Below are positions 31,207 through 41,413 of a stretch of 64,000 bases of DNA, one piece after another; within the stretch, counting starts at the first letter, position 1; every line of letters starts with the position of its first letter. The DNA is from Caecitellus pseudoparvulus (lineage: Eukaryota; Protista; Bigyra: Bicosoecida): the NCBI GenBank assembly GCA_965644315.1, contig CBFFRQ010000069.1:1-64000 (forward strand), written 5' to 3'. The notes under the pieces were generated by a model that ran no database searches, was not told the DNA's origin, and saw nothing but the letters and a program-made list of their open reading frames with translations. The position numbers were made by a program, and so were the translations under genes.

Positions 31207-33489
31207 CTAGGGCAGGGGGATTGCTTGCCGGATGTACGCGTACTCGTGTTCGAACGCGCTGCGGAGAGTTGGCATGGGCTCCCAGGCCCGGTTGATGAGG
31301 CTGGCCACTTGGCTGGACGGGATGCTGGCTCTGGGCTGGGATGATGGGGCCCCGTGGCTTTGGTGCATGCCAAGAAGTGTCTGTGCACCCGAATAGAAGG
31401 CTTCCAGCTGTGCTTGCCAGGAACGGTGTGTGCTGGCCATCCGATGCAAAGCCTGAGTGCAGTGCTCCCGGTCCACGTCGGTCAGCGAGGCAGACGCCAG
31501 CTCTGCTTCGCCGAGCTGGATCAAGCCAAGCATCTGCAACCCGGCTTTCTGCATGTCGACGATTTTCTGGCTGATCCAGGACTTGGCCTCGTCGTAGGGC
31601 AAGAGACCGGAAGCAGCTGACGTGTGTGCAGGCTCGGCAGCATGCCACTGACCAGCTCCAGGTGCTGAAGCCTGCGAGGCTGGGGCAGACGAATAGGGCA
31701 GGCCCACAGGGGCGGTGTAGGCGTCAGCACTGGCTGCAGCCATGGGCATGCCAATGGGGAGTGCCAGTTCTGCGTCTTCGTCCTCCGCGGAATCATGGCT
31801 GTGCTGTGCCACGTGAAACACTTCCTCCGTCGCAGGTCGGTGCAAGCCCAGCGGCGCCAGCCCTGGGGGTGCGCGAGACTGTCTTGGCAAAGTAGGCGCG
31901 GGAGCTGGAGCAGCATGGGTGGCAGGGGCGGGACGGGGAGCTGCAGCGGCTTGCACCGTGGCAGGCAAGACGCTGGCTGCAGCACCCTGCGCCACTTCGG
32001 GCGGGGAGAGCAAGTACAGCATCCGAGCCATGTCACTCCCCTTGCCTATGAGCTCTAGCGGCGTCTTGCGCCTGTTTGGGTCGACATGCAACAGCTCGAG
32101 GCAAGCGTTGCTAACGCGCTTGAGCTCGTCGCTGGGCCTGGTGCTCGCGGCCGGGATGAGTTTGGGCAAGGCGTACACGGGCTCTGCCACCGCAGAGCCC
32201 CAGTCAAAGCCGGTGTAGGTGCTGGGCATACTGCGACAGGGATGGACTCCTCGTGCGAGTTCTTTGTGCACTTTGGTTTGGGCCGTCGAGCTTGGGCACA
32301 GCCCCGGCAAGAACACCGCCATCCTCCAATACCAACGCCTGATGTCGCCGGAGGCGTACATCTCTGCCAACATCAATGCCCATGCTTCGGTATCCGAAGC
32401 CTCTGATTGTTGGCTGAGCTGGCCCTGCAGCTGCTTGGCACGGCACCTCATCCCCCAGGACACTGAGTGGGCGTGTCCGCGCAGTACCATGTCCAGCACC
32501 AACCCGAGGCTCCACGCATCGAACCGATCCCCACGCACAAGCGGCGGGGGTGAGGGCAGGTAGTCACTCGGGCAGGCCTCGGGTGGGGCTTGTGGGGACA
32601 GGCCAACGCTGGGGCGGAGGTCCAGCGTTTCAAAGGGCTGCCCGCCTGGAGTTGGCGGGGCACCCGAGCGCCGCCTCCAGCTCCTGCAAAGGCCGAGGTC
32701 GATGATCCTCACGCCATCCCCTGAGAACCTGTCGTTCTTCCCTGAAATGTCTGGCTGCTGGGTGTGCCAGCTTCGAGTGAACATGATGTTGTCGGCCTTG
32801 AGGTCGAGGTGGGCCAGGTCGTTGCGGTGCATGAACGCCAAACCACGCAGCAACTGCGCCAACATGACCTCAGTGCACCGCAACACTCGCGCGCGTGTTT
32901 GCTGCATCTGTGCCACGTCCTGCATGATGTGCCGCAACTCCTTGTTCAGCCTGGGCAGCACGAGGTACAGCTGCTTGCTGCACACGCTGGCAGTGTGCGT
33001 GGACCGGTTGAACATGCCGTGCACGCGGTGGATGGGGGGGTGCTCAGAAACAGAGATGCCCTCTCCCAAGCTCAAGCAGAGGTTCTGGTACCCCTGTGCA
33101 ATGAGGGCTTCCTCCGTCTGGCCCTTGCACATGCTCGTGTGTGCGTCGTGGGCAGCCTGGCTGGCAGCTTTGGACAGGTGGGCCATGGCTCGGCACTCGA
33201 TGGAGGCACAGTCCCCCAAGCTCTGCTCCTTCACCACGACTGAGGCAGGGCGGCCATCTGCGCCGAGAATGTTGTACACCGCCCCGTACCCCCCTGGCTC
33301 CGACACGAGCCCGTTGCCGGGGAAGCGCTGGGTGCCGAACCTCAGAGTGCCTTCATCGACCCTGTCATCCACCAGGCCAGCACCCGCGATGGTGAATGTC
33401 TGGGCGTGACCTGTTTCCTTGTTCTTAAACACCAGCTGGGTGTGCATGCATGAGTCTCTCCTTTCCACCACAAAGGGAACCCGCTTCAT
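31207..33489 (-). CDS. Divergent Ser/Thr protein kinase
   Basis: PGGYGAVY, VVVKE, HLDLKADN, IIDLG, QAPPE, DAWSLG and LLHVDPNRR. Start taken at ATG 33489 (MKRVPF). Confidence 0.85.
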   Translation of the reverse strand: MKRVPFVVERRDSCMHTQLVFKNKETGHAQTFTIAGAGLVDDRVDEGTLRFGTQRFPGNGLVSEPGGYGAVYNILGADGRPASVVVKEQSLGDCASIECRAMAHLSKAASQAAHDAHTSMCKGQTEEALIAQGYQNLCLSLGEGISVSEHPPIHRVHGMFNRSTHTASVCSKQLYLVLPRLNKELRHIMQDVAQMQQTRARVLRCTEVMLAQLLRGLAFMHRNDLAHLDLKADNIMFTRSWHTQQPDISGKNDRFSGDGVRIIDLGLCRSWRRRSGAPPTPGGQPFETLDLRPSVGLSPQAPPEACPSDYLPSPPPLVRGDRFDAWSLGLVLDMVLRGHAHSVSWGMRCRAKQLQGQLSQQSEASDTEAWALMLAEMYASGDIRRWYWRMAVFLPGLCPSSTAQTKVHKELARGVHPCRSMPSTYTGFDWGSAVAEPVYALPKLIPAASTRPSDELKRVSNACLELLHVDPNRRKTPLELIGKGSDMARMLYLLSPPEVAQGAAASVLPATVQAAAAPRPAPATHAAPAPAPTLPRQSRAPPGLAPLGLHRPATEEVFHVAQHSHDSAEDEDAELALPIGMPMAAASADAYTAPVGLPYSSAPASQASAPGAGQWHAAEPAHTSAASGLLPYDEAKSWISQKIVDMQKAGLQMLGLIQLGEAELASASLTDVDREHCTQALHRMASTHRSWQAQLEAFYSGAQTLLGMHQSHGAPSSQPRASIPSSQVASLINRAWEPMPTLRSAFEHEYAYIRQAIPLP

Positions 33490-33699
33490 GGTGCTGGTGT
33501 CGGGGGTTCTGCTCCACCACGCCAACACCACCCCTGCAAGCAAACACACGCCACTGCAGCGGAGTCAGCACACTGTCAAGGACGCGCCAGGTGCAGAATT
33601 CAACCAATGCATCCGGTCTCAGCCGGATCGCTCGCAGTATGCATTGTGCTGCGGAGGGGCCAGTGCCCGCCATCACTTGCAGCAAGCTGCATGCCCACA

Positions 33700-34548
33700 T
33701 CATGACAGCTGCTCCAGCGTGATGCGTCGCCGGCGCTTGGCACCACTGCGCACTGTCGCAGAGCCGACCTTCGGCTCAGGGGAAGGTGGACTGGCCAGGG
33801 AGGCGAGGGAGGGGATGGCACCAGAGGGCGAACGAGCCACGGTGGGCCGTGGTGAAGCGGAAGGTGGTCCGTGTGCGGGCCCGTCCCCATGGCCTTGCCC
33901 CTCGTGCATGACCAGCAGCATGGCCTGCAACTTGGACACTTGTTCCCGCAGGAAGCTGCACGTCTCCTGCAACGACGCAACCGTCGCCTCGTTGTCCTGC
34001 AAGCGCGCCAGCACCGATGCGATGCCGAGGTCCTCTGCAGTGCGAGGCGCCTCCCCGGCCGAGCCCAAGGCGTACAGCGTCACGCTGCTGGTGTTCAGGC
34101 ACACGGCATCTCGCGCTGCATCCATGCGGCCTGATGTGGTGCGGTACACCTTGCCCACAGGCGTGCTGCACCGCGTGCAGAGGGCCATGTTGAACGCGCT
34201 GCCCTTGTCGAAGCCAACGCTGGAAACGGACATCTCTTGCGCTGCTCGCACGCCCCCAGCCGTGGACACGCAGACGACCTTCAGCTCAGGAATGTCACAC
34301 ACGTAGGAGGTCGTGTCTGCCAGGATTTCGCGGCAGGCCGAGCATTGCCAGACCGCAGCAGACTGGCCCCCTCCAGACGCAGACGCGCCAACATTGCTCG
34401 GCTCAGGCTCTGCCCTCGTACCGGGCGAGGGACCCCCTGCCGAAAGAGCTGCTGCCTGTGCCTTGAACTGTCCAATTGTCGTGTCCAGCTCTCCAGCTCT
34501 GCGGGGCACTGGCCTCCGTGGTTCGGGAGGGGGCATGCTCTGCGCCAT
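33700..34548 (-). CDS. MIS18: Mis18 / Yippee-domain centromere protein
   Basis: VWQCSACREILADT...LCTRCSTPVGKVY...VTLYALGS, followed by a coiled coil. Confidence 0.75.
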   Translation of the reverse strand: MAQSMPPPEPRRPVPRRAGELDTTIGQFKAQAAALSAGGPSPGTRAEPEPSNVGASASGGGQSAAVWQCSACREILADTTSYVCDIPELKVVCVSTAGGVRAAQEMSVSSVGFDKGSAFNMALCTRCSTPVGKVYRTTSGRMDAARDAVCLNTSSVTLYALGSAGEAPRTAEDLGIASVLARLQDNEATVASLQETCSFLREQVSKLQAMLLVMHEGQGHGDGPAHGPPSASPRPTVARSPSGAIPSLASLASPPSPEPKVGSATVRSGAKRRRRITLEQLS

Positions 34549-34726
34549 GCCTGCGGAAATTGCTTGTGGCGCGCTGCACGCTGTGCCTGAAAGCGGCACC
34601 TCAGCGAGGCGTCGAACGAATTCGAGTCGAGATTGGTGTGGATTAGTAACATCTTCGCTCAGTACTTTATATTTTCTGCCTGGAGTTGGATTATGCCGTG
34701 AGGTCGTACCGCGTGGTGGTTTGACA

Positions 34727-36216
34727 TCAGCACGCTGAGGCTGGTCTCACACGCGACTGCCGCAGAATCAGCTTTGCTGCCTCCCGACGCGACGCTGGGG
34801 CGCCCGTGGCATGATCCACAATCGTAGAAAACGCGCCAGCAGTCCGAGGCCTGCTTTTGGCCGAAGCGGGCCGGCTGGATGAGCGGCGAGGTGCTCTGGT
34901 CGTCGTGCGCAAGGCGTGCGTGCGCGCAGAGGCTGGGCGACCCTTGCCACCCCTGTCCCGAGCTGCAAATATTCCTTTCGGCACCTTGTTGGCATCCACG
35001 GGACGGCTTGTACCCTGCGCCCTCACGCGGGCCTGGCGCTGGGCTGCAGGCGTGGCCTCGCGGGCGCTCCCTGGCTTGGACGGAAGACCGAGAGCGTGCA
35101 GGTGAACCTCCCGAACAGACACGCCATGTGCAACAACGCTGGATGCACGACCACGATGCTTAAATTGCACAGGGGGTGGTGGAGATGCGAATGCAGCCAG
35201 CTTTCGTCGCTGGCGCTGCACTTCCTCGAGCCGGGAACTCGCTTTGTCTGTGTCTGGACGGATACGCGCGGGACCCTCGGGCCCTGGCGGCGGGGAATCG
35301 GCCGAGGTGGGCCTGCGTGCTTTCAATTTCACAATCCGTTTTTCCAGCATGGCACACCTCTCCGTCGCGATGCCGCGCTCCATTCGCTCGCGGGCCAACT
35401 CCTGCTCCACTCGGTCCAAGTGCTGCAGAACGTGTGCTGCCGCCTCCCGGGTGGACTGCACTGTGGACTGCAGCAGCTCAAACTCCTTCAGTTTCTCCTG
35501 CACTGTGCTTGCGACGTCCTCGTTGGCCAGCCGCCGTTGCTCCCCGCGCGCCTTCGCGAGCGCTGCGTGGAAAGCCACCTCCAACTGCTTGCTCTTGCTG
35601 CGTGCCTGCCGAGTGAGAAGCTCCACATGTGCCGCATGCGCTGCTTCCTGTTTCTGGCTCCTGACTTGCATCTCAGCCATTTGCTCCCGTGCGCGGTAGT
35701 ACAGCTCCTCAAACACCTGGGCAACCGCAAGGTGGTGCGTGCAGGGACCCGCAATCGCGCACTCCTTCCGTTACACGCACTGTATCCCCTGCACGATCGA
35801 TGGATGCATGTCTCAACTTGCTCGAAAGCCGCTGCTGGTCGAAGGCGGATGTGGCTTGGCTGGCGGCAGCCGATGCCGCATGCACGTCGTGCTGTGGGGA
35901 GGGAAGCACGGCTGTGCGCCCTGTGAGGGACTGCCCTGCAAACGCACCGCCTCACCTCTGCAGCGGCAAGCGCGCGTTCCTCGCGTGCAGTTTGCTGGGA
36001 CGCGCTGAGCCGTGTCTGTGCTTCCCTGGCAGCAAGCTGTGCTGCCTGCAGGGCTTCGTCCAGCTCCCGCTGAAGCCTTGTCGTTGCAGCTTCATCCACG
36101 ACCACACGGGGAGCGGCTCTGCGCCTGGCAGGGTTCAAAGGCAGGGTGTACAGCTCTGCAATCGATGGGGAGCGCTGGTCGTACTTTTGTTTGGAGGCGC
36201 TGCGCTTGCGCGGCAT
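34727..36216 (-). CDS. Coiled-coil protein with basic RPxSA-rich tail, spliced
   Basis: Exon MPRKRSASKQKY...ALAAAE, a short middle exon and exon VFEELYYRAREQ...; heptad repeats; GT-AG sites present but exact boundaries not all fixed. Confidence 0.65.
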
Positions 36217-36352
36217 GGTGCTGGCGTTGACTCTGGGCAGCGAATTCCGCAGTGGGTACTCCTGCGGTCGCAAGAGGACAGGCCCCAGAAAGCTTGCAGG
36301 GCACGAAACACGTGGCTTCCGTGCGATGAGTTATCAATTTTGTTCAAGTCTA

Positions 36353-38145
36353 TCAGGCAGGCTCACTTGTGGGGCGGGTGCCGGCCGTCTCTTCAGCGGG
36401 CCCGCCCTGCTCGTCCCCCCGCAGCGCATGCACAACTCGGTTGAGCTCAATGACTTGCCCTGCCATGCGCTGGGCGTAGGTCCGTGACAGGCGCCGAGCG
36501 ACTGATGCAGCGCGCACCTTCAGCCTCGCCAGGGACTGCAGGTTCAACACAGGGGTGTAGGCAGTTGCAATCTCAGACTCCGTGACGTACGGCGCCATGC
36601 CCAGCTGTCCCGAGCGGGAGTTGGACTTGCTCAGCAGTGGCATGGGTGTATGCACCGTCGGGCCCAGCCCAGCGGTGTGCTCCACGGGCTCTCGGATCGC
36701 ATTCAGCTGCGACGCCATGACCGCGTCCCCCAACTCCTGTGCCATGCGCACGGCAGCCAGTCGCGCCTGGGACAGCCTGACCAGCAGCTCTTGCTGAGCC
36801 CCGTGCAGACGCAGGCTGGCGGAGAGGACGTCAGGCAAGGGCGCTGCAGATGGGCCGTGTGTGTGTGCTGGGGAGTGGCGGGAGGTGGACAGCACTGCGC
36901 TCTCGGCGACGTGCATGTCCGCCGTGGCAGGGGGCAGGCTCCCCCCCATGACCACCCACGGGTGCAGGGCCAGCTCCTCCACAGTGGCCCGGTCGGCCTC
37001 CTTCACGGCCAAGGCCTTGCTCAAGAAAGCTCGGCAGGGCCTGGAGCACTGCAGCCGGTCCAGGCGCAGCACAGGCGCCTGCAGTGCCTGCACCAACTCA
37101 GTGTGGCCAGTGGTTGCCGAGATGCCGTCCACCGGCATGTGCCCCGTCAGCATGGCAAAGAGAGTGCAGCCGAACGCCCAGACATCCGCCTTGCACGCTG
37201 AGAAGTCGTCCCCCGACACCATGTCCGGGCTGTGGAAGGTGGGCGTGCCCGCCGTGGCGCGAATGCGGTCCGAGTCCTCCGAATCATCAAAGACGTAGGC
37301 ACAGCCCAGGTCCGCCAGGCGCACCGCGGAGCCGGTGATGCTGGCCATGGGAGGCGCATCTGTAGGAGTGGAGGGGGCCTCACGAGCCAGCCCCTCCACT
37401 GTGGCCTCGGCCGGCGGCTCCCACTCGTCGCTCTGGCTCCACTGCCGCGCGATGAGCGGCAGCAGGGCAGGCCCCCCGCCAGAGGTGGTGGGAGGGGCAC
37501 GGGGGGCAGTCTCATGCACGATGAGAGGCTGAGTTAGCAGGATGTTCTCCGGCTTTAGGTCCCGGTGCACGACGCCGTTGGAGTGCAGGTAGTGCAGGCC
37601 AGACAAGATCTGCCGGGCCACAATGAGTGCTTCGCTCTCGTGAAACAGCGCTGACCCACCCGCTGCACTGCCTCGCCGGGAAAAGGTGTTGGATTCCTTG
37701 TCGTAGTCCATCAAGGAACCGTGGCTCGCCAGCTCCAACACTGCGGGGCAGGTGAGTGTTGGAGCCTGCAGGTGCGGAGTTTGGCGCAGGTGGGTGCGCC
37801 ACGGCACTCACCTAGGTGCAGCTCGTCACTGCCGTTGACCTCCAGCACGTCGATGAGCTGCAGAATGTTCTTGTGTTTCAGCTTCCTCTGCACTGCGATC
37901 TCGCGCTTGACACTGTCCAACTCGGTCGTCCTTTGGACTCGGCCGGCCACCTTGCGAAAGTGCCTCTTTCGCTTTAGCTGCTTCTTGTTCATGGTCTTGA
38001 TGGCCACAAACGTGCTGTGGCCTCGCACGTGTGCCCAGCTGGCTTTGTGCACAACGCCATGGGAACCCTTGCCGAGTTCATCCAGCAGCTCAAACTCGTT
38101 CATGCGCACGGGGTCACCACCCTCTTTCGCAACTGCTTCCGCCAT
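36353..38145 (-). CDS. CaMKK/GRIK-like protein kinase
   Basis: MNEFELLDELGKGSHG, VAIK and VKREIAVQRKLKHKNI; intron 37811-37741; HRDLKPEN, LADLG, TAGTPTFHSPD and KADVWAFG. Confidence 0.88.
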
Positions 38146-38313
38146 GGCACAGGCACACCTAAGTGGGGCCTGAGCCCCCGCAGCGGGGGGTGTGGGGGAC
38201 AAGGCCTTCACAACATCAAAACACCATGTGTGTAGCAGCTTCCACTCGCAGTGTCCGTGTGAGTGGTGCTGCGGAATTGTGTACAGAGCTAGGAGAAGTG
38301 TGAAAGTGTGCAC

Positions 38314-39298
38314 ATGGAGGAGCGGCCGCGCCAATCCAGGGCTGGCCGCTCCAGGCAGCGCCAGGAAGCCAGGCACGAGGCCCAGGTAAGTTGCGTACGT
38401 GTGCATCCTGTTCTGGTTCGCTTGCATGCTCGTCTGCCTTCGCCTGCAGGGCGCCCACGATGACTTGGAGGACGAGGATACGGAGCCTGGCGTGCTCGAC
38501 ACGCTGAGGGCGCTGCCCACCTCCCTGCAGGTTGTCATCGGCATTGTGGCCGCAGGCCTGATCATTCTCGGTGTCTATCAACTGTCAATCGTCGACTGGT
38601 CCTCAGCAGGCTCAGCATTGGCGGGCCTTTCAGTGCCAAGTACGTGCCCGCGTTTCGCGCACGTTTCCCTCCACGCTCCGGCGCACGCGCAGTCCCCTGC
38701 GCCCCACACAGGCGTCTTGCTCATACTACTCTCGCTGTGGCGAATAGGTAGAATGTGTGCGGCCCGTTCCCGCACCGGGAGGCTGAATCGCAGACAGCAG
38801 ATGGAGCTTGTGCGGCAGCTCATGGCCAGTGGGGCGCTAGGTGCAGGCGGCCGGACAACAGCGCTGCTGCTGGCGGCGGCGAACCGCGACTTTGACGAAC
38901 GGGACTACCAGCAACTGCTTGCTCTGGATGAGGACACACCTACGCAAGCCCTTCAGCGGGCAGAAGCACACGAAGTGTACCGCTTGCCAGTCGTGCCGTT
39001 CCACGCGGCCGCCTCCACAGCGACAGCCGGGCCGCCCCCCGCGTGCAGCATATGCCTGGAGTGTTTCGATGAGGGCGAGCAGGTGCGAGTGCTGCCCTGC
39101 TTCCACCGCTTCCACCCACCTTGCATTGACCGCTGGCTGCTGGATGGCAAGGCTGAGTGCCCAATCTGCAAGACCAGTGTGCGCAGTCCTGCAGATGGCG
39201 AGGCAGGTGAGGGGGACGAAGAAGAGGAGGGGGGCGGTGGGCTGGGTGTGGATGCGGGAACCGTGCGAGCAGTCATGACAGACGTGCAGGGCGAGTGA
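38314..39298 (+). CDS. Membrane-anchored RING-H2 E3 ubiquitin ligase (SDIR1-like layout)
   Basis: Exon 1 38314-38385, GTAAGT intron to 38449; TM segments; RDFDERDYQQLLALDE; CSIC...LPCFHRFHPPCIDRWL...CPIC. Confidence 0.88.
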
Positions 39299-39358
39299 CA
39301 CGCCACCTGCACGCCGTGGTGGCTGCGCAATGTATTCATGTCTGCGCCGGGGGCGCCG

Positions 39359-40784
39359 TCAGTCCTCCGCTTCCAGCTCAGCCTCGAGCTGCGCAATCAT
39401 GGCGTCGAAGCGGCAGCGAGCGATGAAGCCACGCACCAGCGCCTGGATGCGCACCGCTGCGAACTTCTTGTGCAGGGAGGAACGCACTTGGTAGCCCTTG
39501 TACAGGCTCTGCAGCCGCACGGCGGCGGCTCGCTCACGGTTCGCCGTCACGAGACGGTCCGCCTCAGCCGCTGCTGCAGCGGCAGCCTCCTCCTCTGCTG
39601 CCGCCGCGGCCGAGGCAGCTGCAGACTCCTGCTGCTTGTTCAACTCGATCTCGTGCAGCATCTGGTGGGCGTAGTCAGTCAGCAGGTCGCTGGCAAAGCT
39701 ACCCTCCACGGTGGGGAACTCGTAGAAAGGGCCCTGGCCAGGGTGGGCGCTCTTGAGCTCAAAGTAGAAGGACTCGTCTGGCTTGAAGCCCCAGCGGTAG
39801 ATGGTGCTGAGCGCAAAGCGCTTGTGGGTGGCCTTGCTCACGTCATCGAAGATGTAAATGCCGTAGGAGGTAATGCCCACCTGCACTGCTGACGGCAGCT
39901 CGGGGAACACCGTCTGTGTGACGGGGAAGAAGGCGCAGCCAAAGTACTCCCGTGTCTGCAGGATGCGAGAGTAGAGCAGTGCCGGCGCAGCGCGGGCCTC
40001 GTCGTTCAGCTGGCTGTGCCGCTCCAGGATGCTGCTCTCCCACATGGAGGGGGCCTTGCGGGCGTACAGAGGCGCAGGCACCATGCCCTTCAGCTGGTGG
40101 CTCAAGTACCCCTTCACGTGCCTGAGGAACAAGGAAAAGGTGGGTGCTGAGTGGGGTGTGTATCACACAACACAGCGCCAAGGCTGCGGCTACGCACGCT
40201 GCGGGGTTGTGGTTGCCGAATTTCTCCTGCATCTGCAGAGACGCCAGGCTCACGGCGTCGTCCGTGGAGGTGGGGTAGATGCCCGTCACGACGTTGTACA
40301 CGGACTGGATGTACAGAGAATACACCAGCGCCTTCTCTGTGCTGGCCTTCACGGAATCCATGAACAGCTTCACCATGAACACAAGGCGGGCACGGGGTGC
40401 ATCACCCCATGCAGCTAGCACGGGGATGACCGCCGTGTCCCCCTTCAGTGGGTGCTCCACTGTGGCGGGCGCGGGGCGTCGTGTGCAGCGCAGCGCCAGA
40501 AGCAGGCGCGGTGGCTCACGCACTCGTCACTCCATCCCGGGTTTCGCACAGGCAGAAGCAGTTCGCGAAGCGGTCCACGTCCTTCAGGCCGATTTTCACA
40601 CACATCTGCAACACCACGTCCTGCGCGGCGGCGGCGGGGGGGACTGTGTGGAGGGCTTTGTGCAGCCTTGGCGTGCTTGCCACGCGCTCACCTTGGCAGT
40701 GGCCCAGTCCTCCACCAGCAGCTGCTTCACCGAGTTATCCAGGAGGTACACTGGCACTACAGTCTTGCCGTCAACCTTCTTCAT
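39359..40784 (-). CDS. FERM-domain protein with two C-terminal IQ motifs, spliced; 5' end uncertain
   Basis: VPVYLLDNSVKQL, DAVSLASLQMQEKFG, YFGCAFF, IYRWG, LLTDYA; IQ motifs LQSLYKGYQVR and IQALVRGFIAR. Confidence 0.82.
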
Positions 40785-41413
40785 GCTGGGGGTTGGCTCG
40801 GAAGCCGCCCTGCGCGCAAGGGCGTGTGTGGCAGCAGGCGTGCCTGATGGCGTGGCGGCAAAGGCCGGCCGGCGCACCGCGCGGCTCACATGATTGCTGA
40901 CGGCTACGGGGGGAGCAGGGAGCAGAGGCTGCAGGCACAGTTGTGCTTGGCTCGCGGAGGGGGGTGTGCACCACTCCGCTGGCCTCGCAGGCTGGCTCGG
41001 CAGGGCGTTCAGCAACAGCGTGGTCCGCCGCTACCAGGTGCCGCTGCCTGCTTCGGCACAACAGCACACGTGGCCAAGCGGGGGAGCTGCACAGCCGCAG
41101 ACTGCACAGGCAATGCTGGTTGGCGGAGGTGCGGGGGTGCTCGATTTTGCCATGCCTGTCCCACGTGCTGGCCAAGTGCTGCCCTCTGCTGTGGCAGCAA
41201 CATCTGCAACTTGTGCCTCATTCGACAGGGGGGGCAGACAACGCGGGGGCGAAAAGGGGGCCCTGCAAAGCCAGCACTGCCCCATAAAACGAATCATTAA
41301 CTTAAAGAGAGTGCAATACCACCTCCCACGCGCCTGAGCATTCGCGTGCGCTCCTGCGAGACGCGCTGGCACCGTCGCTTGCCGTCACCCGCGATCCGCG
41401 AGGCAATTTCCGC

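Noticed and set aside
22193-38145. CaMKK-AMPK-ACC functional gene cluster
   Set aside because: Unrelated genes lie between them; proximity alone is not evidence.
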